64,000 nt of DNA from Spironucleus salmonicida (GCF_000497125.1 NC_090597.1:1065797-1129796); one strand, 5' to 3'. Numbered from the stretch's first letter, positions 40,450-52,808 are shown. Numbers and translations are program-made. Notes: generated by a model from the letters alone, not told the origin.

Positions 40450-41100
40450 TTATTACAACTACAATATCTTAATATATATTTAACAATGTAACAGTTTGCT
40501 GTAAACTTTTTATTTAATTTACTTAGCAATATTATAGAAAATTAATAAGATTATTAAAGTATATAAAGTGACGAAAATAATTATTGAGAAAAGGTTAGAT
40601 AAATAATAATAGCTTATCTAATTAATAAATATATATTACCCATTTTTATGAATAAAATTAACATATAATTTATGGTACTCATTTTTCTATATAATTGAAT
40701 GAACTAATTTGAGTGGTACTTATTTTTATGGAAGATTTACAGTGTGTATCATATAAAATTAGGTAAGTAACTAACACGCGGTCAATAAATTATTAGCAAA
40801 TTAAGCTTTGAGAGTAAAATTAAATTAGTAATCAGAGAATTCAAGTAAATCCAGTCTTAAGAAAAATTATCCAATCATTAAATTACTTATTAAATATATT
40901 TATTCTTTATAATTATATTTTGTGTTTAAGATCTTGTCCAATCCTATAAGTTTTGCAAGGTAAATTTTGTTGTACGACTGAATGTAGTCTACTATAATAT
41001 TTACATATCCAGTTATTAAGTTAAATATAATATCCTAGTAATTTAACTCTGTTTCAAATACACTAAATAATTAAAATATGAATACCATGATCATAAACAC

Positions 41101-41502
41101 TCAATCAAACTGATTAAAATCTACAAGTATATCATCATCCTCCATATTTAATTAATATTATCGTAATTATTAATTAACAACTTTACATGTAGCGAAGTAA
41201 ACTTTGTTTTATTATTCTCTTTGGACTTCACATTATTAGTCTATCCGTTGCATAAATGTATCCAGAATTAAATCTTAATCATCTTCGCGCATTTATCTGT
41301 TTTTAAGAGGTGTTAATGAACTTGCTAAAGGTTACTATATTATTGTTTTATAAGAAATAGTAGATTTATGTTACGCTCGAGGTTTACTTAACGAAGGTCT
41401 GGTTTTATCTATTGTTATAGACTTAAGAACGACACTAGTAGAACCCATATTTGGTGAGTTTAGATATTTTCGTAGCATTTATGGGAGCCTATAAATGATC
41501 AT
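41101..41502 (-). CDS. Hypothetical protein (~125-133 aa), tandem paralog of 40072-40449
   Basis: KPRAQHKSTISYKTIIQQP...DDQDLILDTFMQRID. Alternative start at 41478. Confidence 0.7.
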
Positions 41503-42798
41503 ACAATTAAATAACATTTTTTAAATATTTTTTTACTGTTTATGAATCAGATTTTAATTTTATAATAATATGAATATATGTATAATATTTCAGAAAATAC
41601 ATTATTTATTTGTGTCAAAAATATTATTTATCCTAGAATTCTACTGACTTTAATTTGCCTGTAAACACAATATAATTTAATGAATATGCTATAAAAATTA
41701 AATAGTCAGAATTTGATTTTCTATGAATAAATATCAGCTAAACTATTTATATGTAATTATTATAGTTAAAATTATTCTTTTTAATATAACATTATAAATT
41801 TTACTAAGCTTTAGAAATCATTAGCGGAAAAGTAAAATATTTATCTAGATTTAGTGTAAACATCCCAAAAATAGCTACATATCTTAATTATAATCTTTAC
41901 TCGTGAATGTTCTTAAGATTACTCTTACAAATAACAAATTTTACGTAAATATAACCCACCAATTATGAAAAAGACACTGAATTCTACCTCTTAAATCATT
42001 ACAATGGCAATACTATTTCCTGTTTATTATACGTGAAATTTAATATTATTATGAGTTATATTAGACAAATTTACTATTTTATCGATAAATTAGTTAAATT
42101 TTACTCATTTAAATCCCCTTTACCAGAAACTTACAAGGACTACTAAACTATAATTTATTAAGTAAAAACAATCATCATAATATACTTCAATAGTAATAAC
42201 CATTAATTTGAAAGCATCTTACTTTTAATTTCACCATACTTCTATTATATAAAATGAAATCAAGCTTATACTTCGATCATAACTGTCAATTTTAACATAT
42301 TAATTTAAGCACTTCTTACTATTAAACATTCGTCCCCTTAATAGCACGACTATACCGGCAATATAACTCTAAAATCATCACCTCACTAATACATTTTCTT
42401 AGCAAGTGCGACCCGCTAGTTAAAGACGATATCTTCAAAAACCTAGCTATTTGCATTCCTCTTTCCCGTGACCTCAGGTTTCACTGCTTCAAAGAACGTA
42501 ACCTTTTCCTCACTACCATGTTCTTGCATTCCTTCCACTTCTTTCAAAATATATCATTATTATATATTAATATAACGAAAATTTGCAAGTACTCCAAATG
42601 CCACAAATCCCAAAAGAGTCACGCCTGTTCCTGCACTACGATAATGGCTCCCTGTACTGCCATGGGAAGCAAACCTCATATAACACAGACTCGAACTTCA
42701 ACCAGCTCAGCTCGTAACCCTGCCCCCAAATCGCATCAAATCGCCCATTTTCGCATTTTTACAACGCAATTCCAAATCAAAATCAATTTTTCGCTCTA

Positions 42799-43761
42799 AT
42801 GAATGGGAAATTGCTCAAATTATCAAATTTCGCCGTTTCGCCGATCTGCGACCTCCCGAGCCCCAGTTCTGAGAAGTACAAGCTCTTCGCAGTCGACGAC
42901 GCGCTGCTCTTCGTAGACGACCAGGGCCGCGTTTTCAAGTACGCGAACGCCTCTTTTCAGCTCACGGAAATCGATTTTTTGCTCGGTGACAGCTACGTCC
43001 TAAGCAAGCAAATAGGCGGCCAGGCGGTCTAAATCGCCGTAAACCTCACGAAGTGCGTCGTTTTCGTCAAATTCGGCGAGCGAACCGTCCAGCAGAAAAT
43101 CGACCCCTTCCTGACGCTCGACTTCCTGTGCCCGTTTTACGCTATTCTGCACTGCGAGTACAACAACTTCCTGGTCGATTTCACGGATTTGGGCACCGAG
43201 TTTCAAGTTTACGAGTCGAAAAGTCGCGTTCGCGAAATCGAGTGGAATCGCGTTTCCGGCTTCCTGGAGGCCAAGCGGGACGTTTTGGTGCTCCAGGACG
43301 AATTTTTGGCCCAATTCGATGGCCTGGATGTGAATTAGCTCAAAAAGCGCTGCTGCGAGCTCTTCCCTGAAGGATTCGAGAGCAAGCGGCCCAGTTGCAT
43401 CACAACGACGTCGAACGACGTCTGGAAATTCGGGCTGAACTGCGCGCAGGAATTGCCGATTTAGCGGACGGTCGAGAAGGCGCAGGGGCTGCAAAATGCG
43501 GCTATTTGCACGAAAAATGACGTTTTTGGGGCAAAAATCGGGGCAAAATCGATCGAAAATAGCGTTTCCGGGCCCAGCGACGTCCAGAAATTGGTCATTT
43601 AGCAGGCGCAGAAAATCAGCGTTTTGGAGGGTAAAATGCAGATGCTGGAGAGGAATTAGGAGTTTTACAGCGCGCTGATCACCGATTTGGTTGACCTGCT
43701 GCCTGAGGGCAAAAAAGAGGCAGTATTGGCGAAGATGATAAGATGGCAGGTTTCGAAGTGA
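42799..43761 (+). CDS. Hypothetical protein (320 aa), beta-rich N-terminus and C-terminal coiled coil
   Basis: Code-6 ORF MNGKLLKLS...RWQVSK* ending AAG-TGA, with coding-like GC3. Confidence 0.8.
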
Positions 43762-44149
43762 GGCACTTTTGGGAATTTTTGTGGAAGGGGATAATGCTAA
43801 TTATTATATAATAATATGGTATTGTGATAAAATGCATAATGTATATTGTAGAAATAACTAGTGAATGCTTGTGGATATTTGGTAATGTTGAGGATGATAA
43901 AATATAGTAGTAGGGATATATAAGTAATATGGCTTGGTAGACGTAAATGATAAGATGAATAGATGAGTGAAAATTTAGGGTTAACTTGCTAGAATGCTGT
44001 TCTTAATTAGTGCATTAATACTTTTTGCAATATAATTGAGCAGTATTGCGTAAATAATTTTTGGGAAATTCTGTAATTATAGCTGCAATATTGAGTTAGT
44101 TTAGTTAAGAATTATGTAAGATCTGGCGACGACGTGAATGGAACTTCAA

Positions 44150-44533
44150 TCATTGACTCTTATCAGAAAAATCATTTTTAACCCCATATGCAAATAGCAT
44201 GTCTATTATCTCTTCTATTTCTTCATTTTCTATGTAGTCGTCGAAGGGAACTCGTATGGCCCGTATTATAGTACTAAATACTAAATCTTACGCATCTACC
44301 ACGCATTATTATGATATTCTACATATAAGGTTAGTTTTCTAAGGCATAGAAAGGCGAAATAATAAAAAATGTAGCATATCTGTATCAACTACCTGTTTTC
44401 GCGCTAAAAGCACTACAAAATCTCCTTGTATCCGAATTTTACTGTATATAGAATCTCTTACAAGCTATCCGACTTCTTTTTGCACTGTAAATGATGAAGT
44501 AGGTGAAGAATACCTAAATTCATATGGAGGCAT
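44150..44533 (-). CDS. Hypothetical protein (127 aa)
   Basis: MPPYEFRYSSP...DKSQ* with a C-rich motif just upstream of the ATG. Confidence 0.55.
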
Positions 44534-44823
44534 TAGGAATGGGAAAAATATAAAATGATCTTATATTTTTCTTCCTTCATTAACAGATTACTATCATAGT
44601 AAATATTAGCAATAAGTATTCCAAATATCACCATATCGTCTACATTATCCTAATGTTAATAGAAATTTATATTGTCAGTAATAACATGATTAGAAAATAT
44701 TATATAACATTCATGATTAATAAACAACACTATTACGATGATAGCACCCTGTGGCTTATAAATATTATGTGCTAAAATGTCTTTACAACTAAATAGATGG
44801 TTATACAATTACTATACATTAAA

Positions 44824-46371
44824 TCACTTCCTCGTTTTTGTATCAAATACCATAATAACAGTTAATCCCCCACCTAATACTATAGCAAGTATGATCATAG
44901 TCAAAATTCCATGAACAAAAGCAATAGGCCGTGTGAGATCTTGCACCTCATTTATATATAAAATCTAGTCAGAAATTTACAATATAAAATCCATTTTATT
45001 TACTTGCATTATACTACGTAGCTCTTAAAAACTTGCAGTAAAACAGTAATAACCCTAATCATTTGGAAATTTAAACACATTTGTTAGTATTTGGCTACTA
45101 TCTAGTGTTGTCCATTGCAATACAAACTCCATAGTTTCTTGTTAGACTATAAACCCTTCACGAGTTTGAAACTAGGCACAAATATATTGATCAGTGTATG
45201 ATAATAAGATGGGAGTATATCTATTTTATATTACTGATGAGTAATACTTAAAAGATTCCATTGTATCATCATCTCTATACATATCATAGTAGACTATACC
45301 TATTTAAGAATCAGTAAATTTACTTATAGCAAATAGATTGTCAACACATTCTTCATAGCTTGTTTCAGTTTATTAATCACACCTATAAGTAATAGATTCG
45401 TTGGTTATGAAAGTATCGCTTAAGTAAGCAAAGCAATAAGATTCGGACGAATTACTATTACTAGATCCAATACAGATATTTATTAAAAACTCCGAAAATT
45501 CTGTATATATTTCTTTTAATCCAGGCCTAATATTTTAATATATCTCTATAGTTTAATAAAGAGGTCTAATTCTATTTGAAATAATTTCAGGGATTAACTC
45601 CTCTGATGTAAACTCAGCTATTACTTATCTAATTGTAAGGTTTAGATTGAAATCTGTATCTTACTAAACTATAGTACCATCCGAACTATATGCATTTGTT
45701 TATTTAGTAAACTTTTAAGGTATATTCACATTATAAAATCCGAAAGGAAATATTATAAATAAAAAATCCTCTATATGTTATGCACAAAATGATGAAGAAC
45801 AACTAGTATTTCTACTAAACCAATCAGTATATTAGCTTCCTAACTTATCTGTTAATAGAATAGTAAGCTTAGAATCGACTTTTACAAAAACTGTCGATTC
45901 AACTTCTCCATCTGCTTTAAAATTGCAAGTAATTTATGGAATCCTCTATAGTATAATTTAATCTGTAGCAGTATTGTAATAAAGATTAATATTTTTAAAG
46001 CAATTTTATCTATCAAAAACTCTAGTAATAAAATTCATTGAAGTCCCAGATTAATAGATATTGTCATTCTTTGATGTTATAGTAAACAAAGCTACGGAAA
46101 ATTAATTTATTTTTAATAGGTTTCCTGATATTTTGCCTAAAAATAATGATAATTCTTTCGGATTATACATTTAATAACCAGACTAAAATATAATATCTCC
46201 AATTTATACCTAAACTTTTATAGTTTCATTGGTAAATACATCACATGCCTATTTATCTACAGAACTTAATCCTGAGTTGAAAATCCCGCCTATTTATAGT
46301 TATTACGTTTAAAATATGTAGATAACTGACGTGTTAGTGAAACAATTTAAGGTTAGAACGAATATCACCAT
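44824..46371 (-). CDS. Type I membrane/surface protein (515 aa)
   Basis: Short hydrophobic N-terminus MVIFVLTLNCF, scattered Cys and N-glycosylation sequons. C-terminal TM GILTMIILAIVLGGGLTVIMVF, then KTRK* ending AAG-TGA. Confidence 0.8.
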
Positions 46372-47566
46372 TTTGATTTTGGTAAAAATATATAGTAACT
46401 AGATCATTTTAATCTTATGCAATATTTAAAATAATTTAGTTTGTTATAGAAAATAAACTTCAGTTTGTATAAACTATACTATGTTTAAACATAGATCAAA
46501 AGACTAAAATAAAATACCAAAAATCTGTAGATTTTAAAAATTTATTAAATTAGTTAGTATAATAAAATAGTTAATTTTATTCCATAAGGATTGTATTAAA
46601 AAAATGAAAATATAGGTACAAAATTATTTTATATTTTACTTTCAGAATGCAATATTATTATAATTTCTAGATTTATCAGATATCTGTACTTTAATAAATT
46701 AATTTAATTAGTGGGTAAATTTCTCTCATCTTAAGCCACATCCTAGTTAAATCATTATTTGAGTGATATTAAAAACAATAGATAACGCGTGTTATATGCT
46801 ATATAACTAATAGTGAATATGGAATCTCTGTATATGTTAAATCATAACTAATATCTTAGTTCAAATTTATTGCAGCTGAACTATATAGTAAAATCTGTAT
46901 TTGTGTGTAAACTATTCAAACTTAAATTACATGTTTACATCCTAAATTTTATATAAAGTGATATTTATATGGATATAATTATTATATCAAATATTTTATT
47001 TACAAACTTTATCTATAGTTTATTATTATACTTCAACAAATATGTATTACGCTATGTGATGGTATTTTAAACGGGCCTTTCCCCAGCCTGATGTACGCTG
47101 CGTGCCTTTACTAGCAAACCCCTGCTCAGCCGAAAATCATGTCCTCAGTCTTAGTTATAGCGATAGGTATCTGAGTGATTCCTTTTTACTACATTACGCT
47201 GGCCAGGGTTTCGAAGCCCTACCGCTTTATTGCAGTATCCTATGTTGCCAGCCTTATTACCATTCGCGTCCATTTATCAGCCCTGCTCCGCCCTGGTAAT
47301 GCTCTGACACCAACGGCCCGGTCCTTCCAGGGCGCGTGCCTGGCGGAATCCAGCGACCTGGTGGTAGCGGCGGTTGGCGGGCTGAAACAGTACTCAGCCC
47401 CTACCGCACTCGGTGGAACCTACGAACCGACCGCCAAGCCGCTTTAGCCAGCACTGCTTGTGCGCATGTGCTAGCGCTCGGCCCTACCATTGCAGATCTC
47501 CGCTTCCTTTCCCATTCTGCGGGACACCTATTATATGGCATTACAGCCCGTACCCCAAAGATCACA

Positions 47567-48643
47567 ATGCTGGCGCTCCTCGCCGCTTCCACGCTGGCCT
47601 CCGGCTCCAACTACAGCGGGAAGCTGGGCCTCTCCCTCTCACCAAAGGTCACTTCCAACGTGTACGCCTTCGCTGGGCTGGACACCGCCTTCGAGCACCT
47701 GGCCCTCTGCAGGGACAGGGCCTTCGGGCTCGCGGACGGCAGGGTGCTTGCCTGGGGCAGGAACCTGTTCGAGGGCTTCACGTACTTCGAGGCTCCGAAG
47801 CCGCTGCGCCAGCTGGACGGCATAGCGGCGGTGAACATCTCCTGCGCGGACCACTTCCTGGCTGTCCAGACCGCCGCCGCAGTGCTCGTGCTGGGCCTGT
47901 TCCAGGGCACCAACCACACCGAAGTCGCGCTGGAGGTGCCGTTTGGCGGCCCGATAGCGCAGATCCTGGCCAGCAACAAGACGGTCTACCTCCTGAGCGA
48001 GGGCAGCGTCTTCACGACCGAGAATGGCGAGTTCGCCCCCTTGAAGGTGCCGTTCCCGGTGACCAAGTTGACTATTTTCGACGGCGTGCTGGCGCTCTAC
48101 AGCGGGATGGTGGTGTACGTCGCCAAGCGCGGCCGGTACGTCCGCCAGCAGGCCGAGTGCCTCCAGTTCACGAACGCGTCCACCTACCTGGACGCTGCCG
48201 GGGCGCTGTTCTACGACACGCTGCAGGTGGACTCGGGCGTCGCCTCCTACGCGCTGACCGCCGACGGCGTGCTGTACCTCAAGGGCGGCGACCTGTACGC
48301 CCTGGGGAGATCGGCGGCCGGCGAGCTGGGGTTCCAGGGCGTGGCCGAGCTCAGGCGGCACATGGCGTACTCGGTGGGGGCGGTGTTCGCCTTCGGGGAC
48401 TACGCCTTCGTGACCGGGGTGCAGCCGGCGAGCGGGTTCAGGATGCCGGTCTGGGGGTACATCGCCCTCGGGGGCGTGGGCTGCACGGCGCTGCTAGTGG
48501 GCCTCGTGCTGCTCATCGTGTGGCTGAAGAAGACGGGCAGGATCAGCAGGTACCCGATCCTCGAGGAGAAGGCGCACCTGATCTCCGTCGACCGGCTCAC
48601 GGACGCAGAGTGCACGACGCGGGAGGTCAGCGCGACCTACTGA
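47567..48643 (+). CDS. Type I membrane protein with RCC1/BLIP-II-like repeats (358 aa)
   Basis: Signal MLALLAASTLA. Motifs DGRVLAWGRN and GDLYALGRSAAGELG. C-terminal TM and short tail. Confidence 0.75.
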   Translation: MLALLAASTLASGSNYSGKLGLSLSPKVTSNVYAFAGLDTAFEHLALCRDRAFGLADGRVLAWGRNLFEGFTYFEAPKPLRQLDGIAAVNISCADHFLAVQTAAAVLVLGLFQGTNHTEVALEVPFGGPIAQILASNKTVYLLSEGSVFTTENGEFAPLKVPFPVTKLTIFDGVLALYSGMVVYVAKRGRYVRQQAECLQFTNASTYLDAAGALFYDTLQVDSGVASYALTADGVLYLKGGDLYALGRSAAGELGFQGVAELRRHMAYSVGAVFAFGDYAFVTGVQPASGFRMPVWGYIALGGVGCTALLVGLVLLIVWLKKTGRISRYPILEEKAHLISVDRLTDAECTTREVSATY

Positions 48644-48663
48644 GTGAGAGGCTTCGAATCACG

Positions 48664-48894
48664 TCAGAGCAGCCCCACGAACTGCACGCGGGACGCCTGG
48701 ATGGTGGTGACGCCGGCGGGGGCCAGCTCCGTGCTGGAGAGCCTCTGCGCGGCGCCGTCCAGCACCAGGTTGCCGTAGAGGTCGTAGGAGAGCAGCGTCC
48801 CGGTGAAGTGGGCGCCGGTGTCCGTGACGACCGCCACCTGCCGGCCGACGTAGGCCGCGAAGGCGTGGGTCTGCTGGGCGAGGAACTCGGACAT
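48664..48894 (-). CDS. Sm/LSm-family protein (76 aa)
   Basis: Sm1 motif YVGRQVAVVTDTGAHFTGTLLSYDLYGNLVL and Sm2-like GVTTIQASRVQFV. Confidence 0.85.
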   Translation of the reverse strand: MSEFLAQQTHAFAAYVGRQVAVVTDTGAHFTGTLLSYDLYGNLVLDGAAQRLSSTELAPAGVTTIQASRVQFVGLL

Positions 48895-48937
48895 TGTGGA
48901 GGGGAGGTGATCCCGGAAAGTGAAGGAATTTATCGAC

Positions 48938-50206
48938 TCAGTGCACGCGCTCCAGGGGCTCGGCGCGCGTCTCCACGGCGGTGATGATCTCGTCCTCCGC
49001 GGCCCGGTCGACGGTCTGTTTGAAGTCCTCGGCCGGGCAGTCCGCGTCTGGGGCGGCCTGGTCCTCGGGCTTGTGCCGGCCCATCCACTTGCCGTGCAGG
49101 ACCTGGTTGGGACGCTTCAGGAAGGGGATGACGAGGAGGACGTTGTTGAAGATGAGCACCCCGCAGGTGACCACCACGAAGCCGGCCCACTTGACGGGCG
49201 TCGACTGCGGGTTCCAGGGCTCCCAGCCGAGCGAGATGGACATGATCCAGACCAGGATGGGCTTCAGCGAGCCGAAGGTGGTGCGGGTGGCGGCCGAGAC
49301 GTGGTTGGTGATCTCCATGCCGGTGAAGTTGAGCACCAGCACGAACAGCGCGTAGAAGATGTGGTACAGCACCTGCTTGTACGAGATGGACATCTGGTAC
49401 GCCCAGCCCGCGAGGTCCTCGAAGTTGGACTTGGGTATCGTGGTCGAGAGCGGGTCCGTCACGATGTTGAGAATGGGGAGCGCGATAGCGCAGAAGATGA
49501 GCCCCCAGCCGCCCTCGTTCGCGACGCCCATGAAGCCGATGGTCTGGATCCGGCGCAGGGACAGCTCCTCGGCCAGGTAGAACCAGGACGCAATGAAGCA
49601 GCCCAGCAGCGTGAAGATGATGCCCATCGCGGGGTTGAGCGCGACCGAGTTCTGCTGGGTGAAGAGGATGCTGCCGAGGGCGATGATGGTGGCGCCCAGG
49701 AAGAGGATCACGAGCCCCATCAGCTGGGGCAGGTCGAAGCGCTGGCGGTAGTCGCGGAAGATGCAGAGCGAGACGAGGGCCACGAAGACCACGGTCATGT
49801 TGGTCAGGATCGCGTACACCGAGGGGTCCGAGTAGTAGTTCCCGATGTTGAACATCGTGGAGGACACCAGGTCGAAGATGGTCGGGATCGCGAACAGGAA
49901 GGTGTGCGGGATGAAGCGGTAGAAGGTCTTGCCCTCCTTCAGGGGCGTCTGGGGCAGCGCCCTGTGCTTCCGCACGAACTCGCTCGTGAGCCAGATGAAG
50001 ATGCAGCAGAACTCGCCGATGAACATGAAGAGCGTCTGCATGTAGGGGTGGTTGAAGGGGACCGCCGCGCAGGTGGGGCAGGTGGGCAGCGTCTCGAGGA
50101 ACATCGCCTTCGCGACGAGGCCGCAGCCGGTGGAGCAGACGAGCCCCGAGACGATGTAGATCCAGACGACGAGGGAGATGGCCGGTTTCTTGCCTGTGGC
50201 CGCCAT
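48938..50206 (-). CDS. DMT-superfamily transporter (SLC35F6/nucleotide-sugar transporter-like)
   Basis: About 10 TM helices. Motifs FNHPYMQTLFMFIGEFCC, PTIFDLVSS and ITNHVSAATRTT. Confidence 0.85.
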   Translation of the reverse strand: MAATGKKPAISLVVWIYIVSGLVCSTGCGLVAKAMFLETLPTCPTCAAVPFNHPYMQTLFMFIGEFCCIFIWLTSEFVRKHRALPQTPLKEGKTFYRFIPHTFLFAIPTIFDLVSSTMFNIGNYYSDPSVYAILTNMTVVFVALVSLCIFRDYRQRFDLPQLMGLVILFLGATIIALGSILFTQQNSVALNPAMGIIFTLLGCFIASWFYLAEELSLRRIQTIGFMGVANEGGWGLIFCAIALPILNIVTDPLSTTIPKSNFEDLAGWAYQMSISYKQVLYHIFYALFVLVLNFTGMEITNHVSAATRTTFGSLKPILVWIMSISLGWEPWNPQSTPVKWAGFVVVTCGVLIFNNVLLVIPFLKRPNQVLHGKWMGRHKPEDQAAPDADCPAEDFKQTVDRAAEDEIITAVETRAEPLERVH

Positions 50207-50484
50207 TTGTGAAAATGCCGAGAGTGCTGGACGCCCTAATATGAGCTAAAACCCGCTCCCGAAACTGATTCTTAATTTGTGTTACATGACCTTATTAGAA
50301 ATACCGATTACCGCAGATATGTATACTTTGCAGGCAGGGAGCGGTCGCTAATATCCGCTGCATCGCCCCGAATACCTATATTTCCACCTTCCTATTTTAC
50401 GGTAAAAGTGGTCTGGGCGCCCAGCGCGGAGCGGGATAGTTTCGGCGTGGCGGCCTGCCCGCGCGGCCCTTCCGCACAAAAACC

Positions 50485-50498
50485 GCCCGTTCCACTCC
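50485..50498 (+). promoter_or_regulatory. C-rich ATG-proximal promoter motif GCCCGTTCCACTCC
   Basis: The same 14-mer precedes the thioredoxin ATG (51818-51831, minus). Related TTCC(A/G)CTCC-type motifs precede the EF-hand, DRC7 and Nup98-like genes. Confidence 0.55.
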
Positions 50499-50502
50499 CA
50501 CA

Positions 50503-51369
50503 ATGCTGCTGACCCTCTCCGCAGGCTTCCTCTCGCAGAGGACGCTGGACCTCATCAACGCGCACCAGGGCCGCACCTGGAGCGCCGCCATGCCCGACTA
50601 CTTCGCGCGCAAGAGCCTCGAGCAGATCCACGCCGCCTCCGTCGCCAGGGAGCAGCGCCCGCGCTCCGGCCTCCCCCCTTTCGTCCCCGCGGCGGCGCCC
50701 ATCCCCCAGAGCTTCTTCTGGCCCGACCAGCGCCCCGAGTGCACGCAGTTCGTCAAGGACCAGCTGAGCTGCAACGCCGGCTGGGCCTTCACCAACATCC
50801 TCACCTTCGCCGCCGTCCGCTGCATCACGGGCGTCGACGCCGCGCACACCTCCTACTCCTTCCAGGAGATGATCTCCTGCGACGCGCACGCCTACGGCTG
50901 CCAGCACGGCTTCACCTCCTACGGCTCGGACTACCTCGTCAAGAGCGGCGTCTCCACCGAGCGCTGCGTCGGCTACGTCAGCGGGCTCACCGGCGACTCC
51001 GGCAAGTGCCCCACCCGGTGCGACGACGGCAGCAGGATGCCGGCCAAGGCCAAGTCCGACGGCGAGGTGAAGGTGGTGGGCGAGCACAGCATGCTGCTGC
51101 AGCTGCTGAAGGCGCCCCTGGTCGCCGAGATCGAGATCTACGAGGACTTCCTCTACTACGCCAGCGGCGTCTACGAGCACACGGTCGGCGAGCTCATCGG
51201 CTTCCAGGGCGTGCAGATCGTGGGCTGGGGCGCCGAGGGCGAGACCCGGTTCTGGATCGTGAAGAACAGCTGGGGCGAGGCGTGGGGCGAGCAGGGCTTC
51301 TTCAAGATCGTGAGGGGCGCCAACGAGGCCGGCATCGAGAGCCAGGCCTTCCAGTCGTTCTGGAACTGA
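50503..51369 (+). CDS. Cathepsin B-like papain-family (C1A) protein lacking catalytic Cys and His
   Basis: KDQLSCNAGWAF (canonical QxxCGSCWAF), YEDFLYYASGVY, GFQGVQIVGWG (canonical GHAVxxVGWG), WIVKNSWG. Confidence 0.9.
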   Translation: MLLTLSAGFLSQRTLDLINAHQGRTWSAAMPDYFARKSLEQIHAASVAREQRPRSGLPPFVPAAAPIPQSFFWPDQRPECTQFVKDQLSCNAGWAFTNILTFAAVRCITGVDAAHTSYSFQEMISCDAHAYGCQHGFTSYGSDYLVKSGVSTERCVGYVSGLTGDSGKCPTRCDDGSRMPAKAKSDGEVKVVGEHSMLLQLLKAPLVAEIEIYEDFLYYASGVYEHTVGELIGFQGVQIVGWGAEGETRFWIVKNSWGEAWGEQGFFKIVRGANEAGIESQAFQSFWN

Positions 51370-51469
51370 GTGACCGCCGTTTTACGCACTCGCGCCCTAA
51401 CCGGCCAGTAACACCTGCGCCACGGGGACAGACGGGCCTGCGGAACTGCGCGCCAACGACGAAACGACC

Positions 51470-51811
51470 TCACTCCATCTGCTCCTCGAGCCACCTGCGC
51501 ATCGGCTTCACGTCGCGCCAGAGGCTGTCGTACTCGGCGACGCGCTGCCCCCCGCGGAAGAGCACCAGCCCCGGGACGCCGTCGACGCCATGCGTGTCGC
51601 AGGTGACGCGGTCCAGGGCGCAGTTGAACTGCGCGAGCGCCACTCTGGCCGGGGCGGCGTCCGAGAGGTCGTAGAAGCGCGGGGAGAGCTGCTGGCAGTG
51701 CTTGCAGTGCGCCAGGTAGAACTTCACGAAGGTGTAGCGGTTCGCCTGCAGCGCCTCCTCCAGGCCCGCGGCGCTCTGCATGTTCAGCACGTGTGACAGG
51801 ACGGCCAGCAT
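51470..51811 (-). CDS. Single-domain thioredoxin/PDI-like protein (113 aa)
   Basis: FVKFYLAHCKHCQQLSP active-site region and CDTHGVDGVPGLVLF cis-Pro region. Confidence 0.85.
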   Translation of the reverse strand: MLAVLSHVLNMQSAAGLEEALQANRYTFVKFYLAHCKHCQQLSPRFYDLSDAAPARVALAQFNCALDRVTCDTHGVDGVPGLVLFRGGQRVAEYDSLWRDVKPMRRWLEEQME

Positions 51812-52082
51812 TGATGTGGAGTGGAACGGGCCGAGTGCTCAGAGCCGCGCCCGGGACGAACGGTGACCGACTGCCGACCTACACCATCGCAATTAGACAA
51901 AACTCCAATTTACCTATTTTTCGATAATATATTGCCCATAATCCTCCGAATCTCTATTAATCCCCTATAAGACTACTCAATTTCATTTCCTTACTGTTCA
52001 CCTTCCCAAAATATTTTTCATATTTATTACCATTATTATATATAATATAGTAATTCCCCTTCCACTCCGCAATTTGCTAAAA

Positions 52083-52808
52083 ATGGCTAAAAAAGGCAAG
52101 AAAAAGCTCACACCGGAAGAGATCCAATTCAACGCAGCGATGACCGAATACGGCCCCATTTTTGCTCTGTTCGATGCGGACGCGGACGGCATCATCTCGC
52201 TCCGCGAGTTCGAGCACTTCGCGACGTCGATCGGGTACCCCGTGGACGGCATTTTGAAGCCCAAATCGACCGCACCGCCCGACATTCTCGGGATTCAGGT
52301 CGAGACGAAGCAGCTCGAAATCCCGGACTTCATGCAGAACATGCCCGAGAAGCTCACGCAGGCGATGGCGATCTAGACCATCGTAGACCTGAAGCGCCTG
52401 ACCTCGATTTCCGACCGCCTGAAGTACGAAATTCAGCACCTGCTCTCGTTGCAGCAGGCGTTTCCGCACCCCATTTTGGAGCGGAAACAGCTCTTCGCGC
52501 TCTTGTCAGTCGGGGAGCGCCCGATGACTGGCTAGGAGTACAAGTGGTTCACAGACGCAATAAAGAAGGAAATTGCGACTGTTGAAATCGAAAAAAATCT
52601 GCGCGTCGACGGTATGGCGGAAGATGATATAAGAGAGAAAATCGAGGATATCGAAAAACGGAAAAATCAGTTTTTGGACCTCAGGGAGACCGTAAAGATG
52701 GTTTACGAGAGTTGTAGAGATGGAAAAGCGCTTAGCGTTGAATTGAGGACTATTCATCAAAAGGAAAAGGAGAAAAAGCAGAAGGAAAAGGACGCTAAGA
52801 AAAAGTGA
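52083..52808 (+). CDS. EF-hand protein (241 aa)
   Basis: FALFDADADGIISLREF EF-hand. The frame joins track ORFs 52074 and 52614 across TAG codons and ends AAG-TGA. Confidence 0.8.

Larger units (their letters stand above)
47020..51868 (+). repeat. Left arm of a GC-rich inverted segmental duplication
   Basis: Near-identical reverse complement of 58963-63810. Confidence 0.95.

Noticed and set aside
47095-47120. U5 snRNA-like loop (TGCCTTTAC)
   Set aside because: It has one U fewer than the invariant loop and no convincing closing stem or Sm site.
47413-51674. Long alternative-frame ORFs (523, 430, 311, 262 and 240 aa) and their mirror copies in the right arm
   Set aside because: Shadow ORFs caused by extreme GC3. 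They overlap genes with clear family motifs, and some are broken by differences between the arms.
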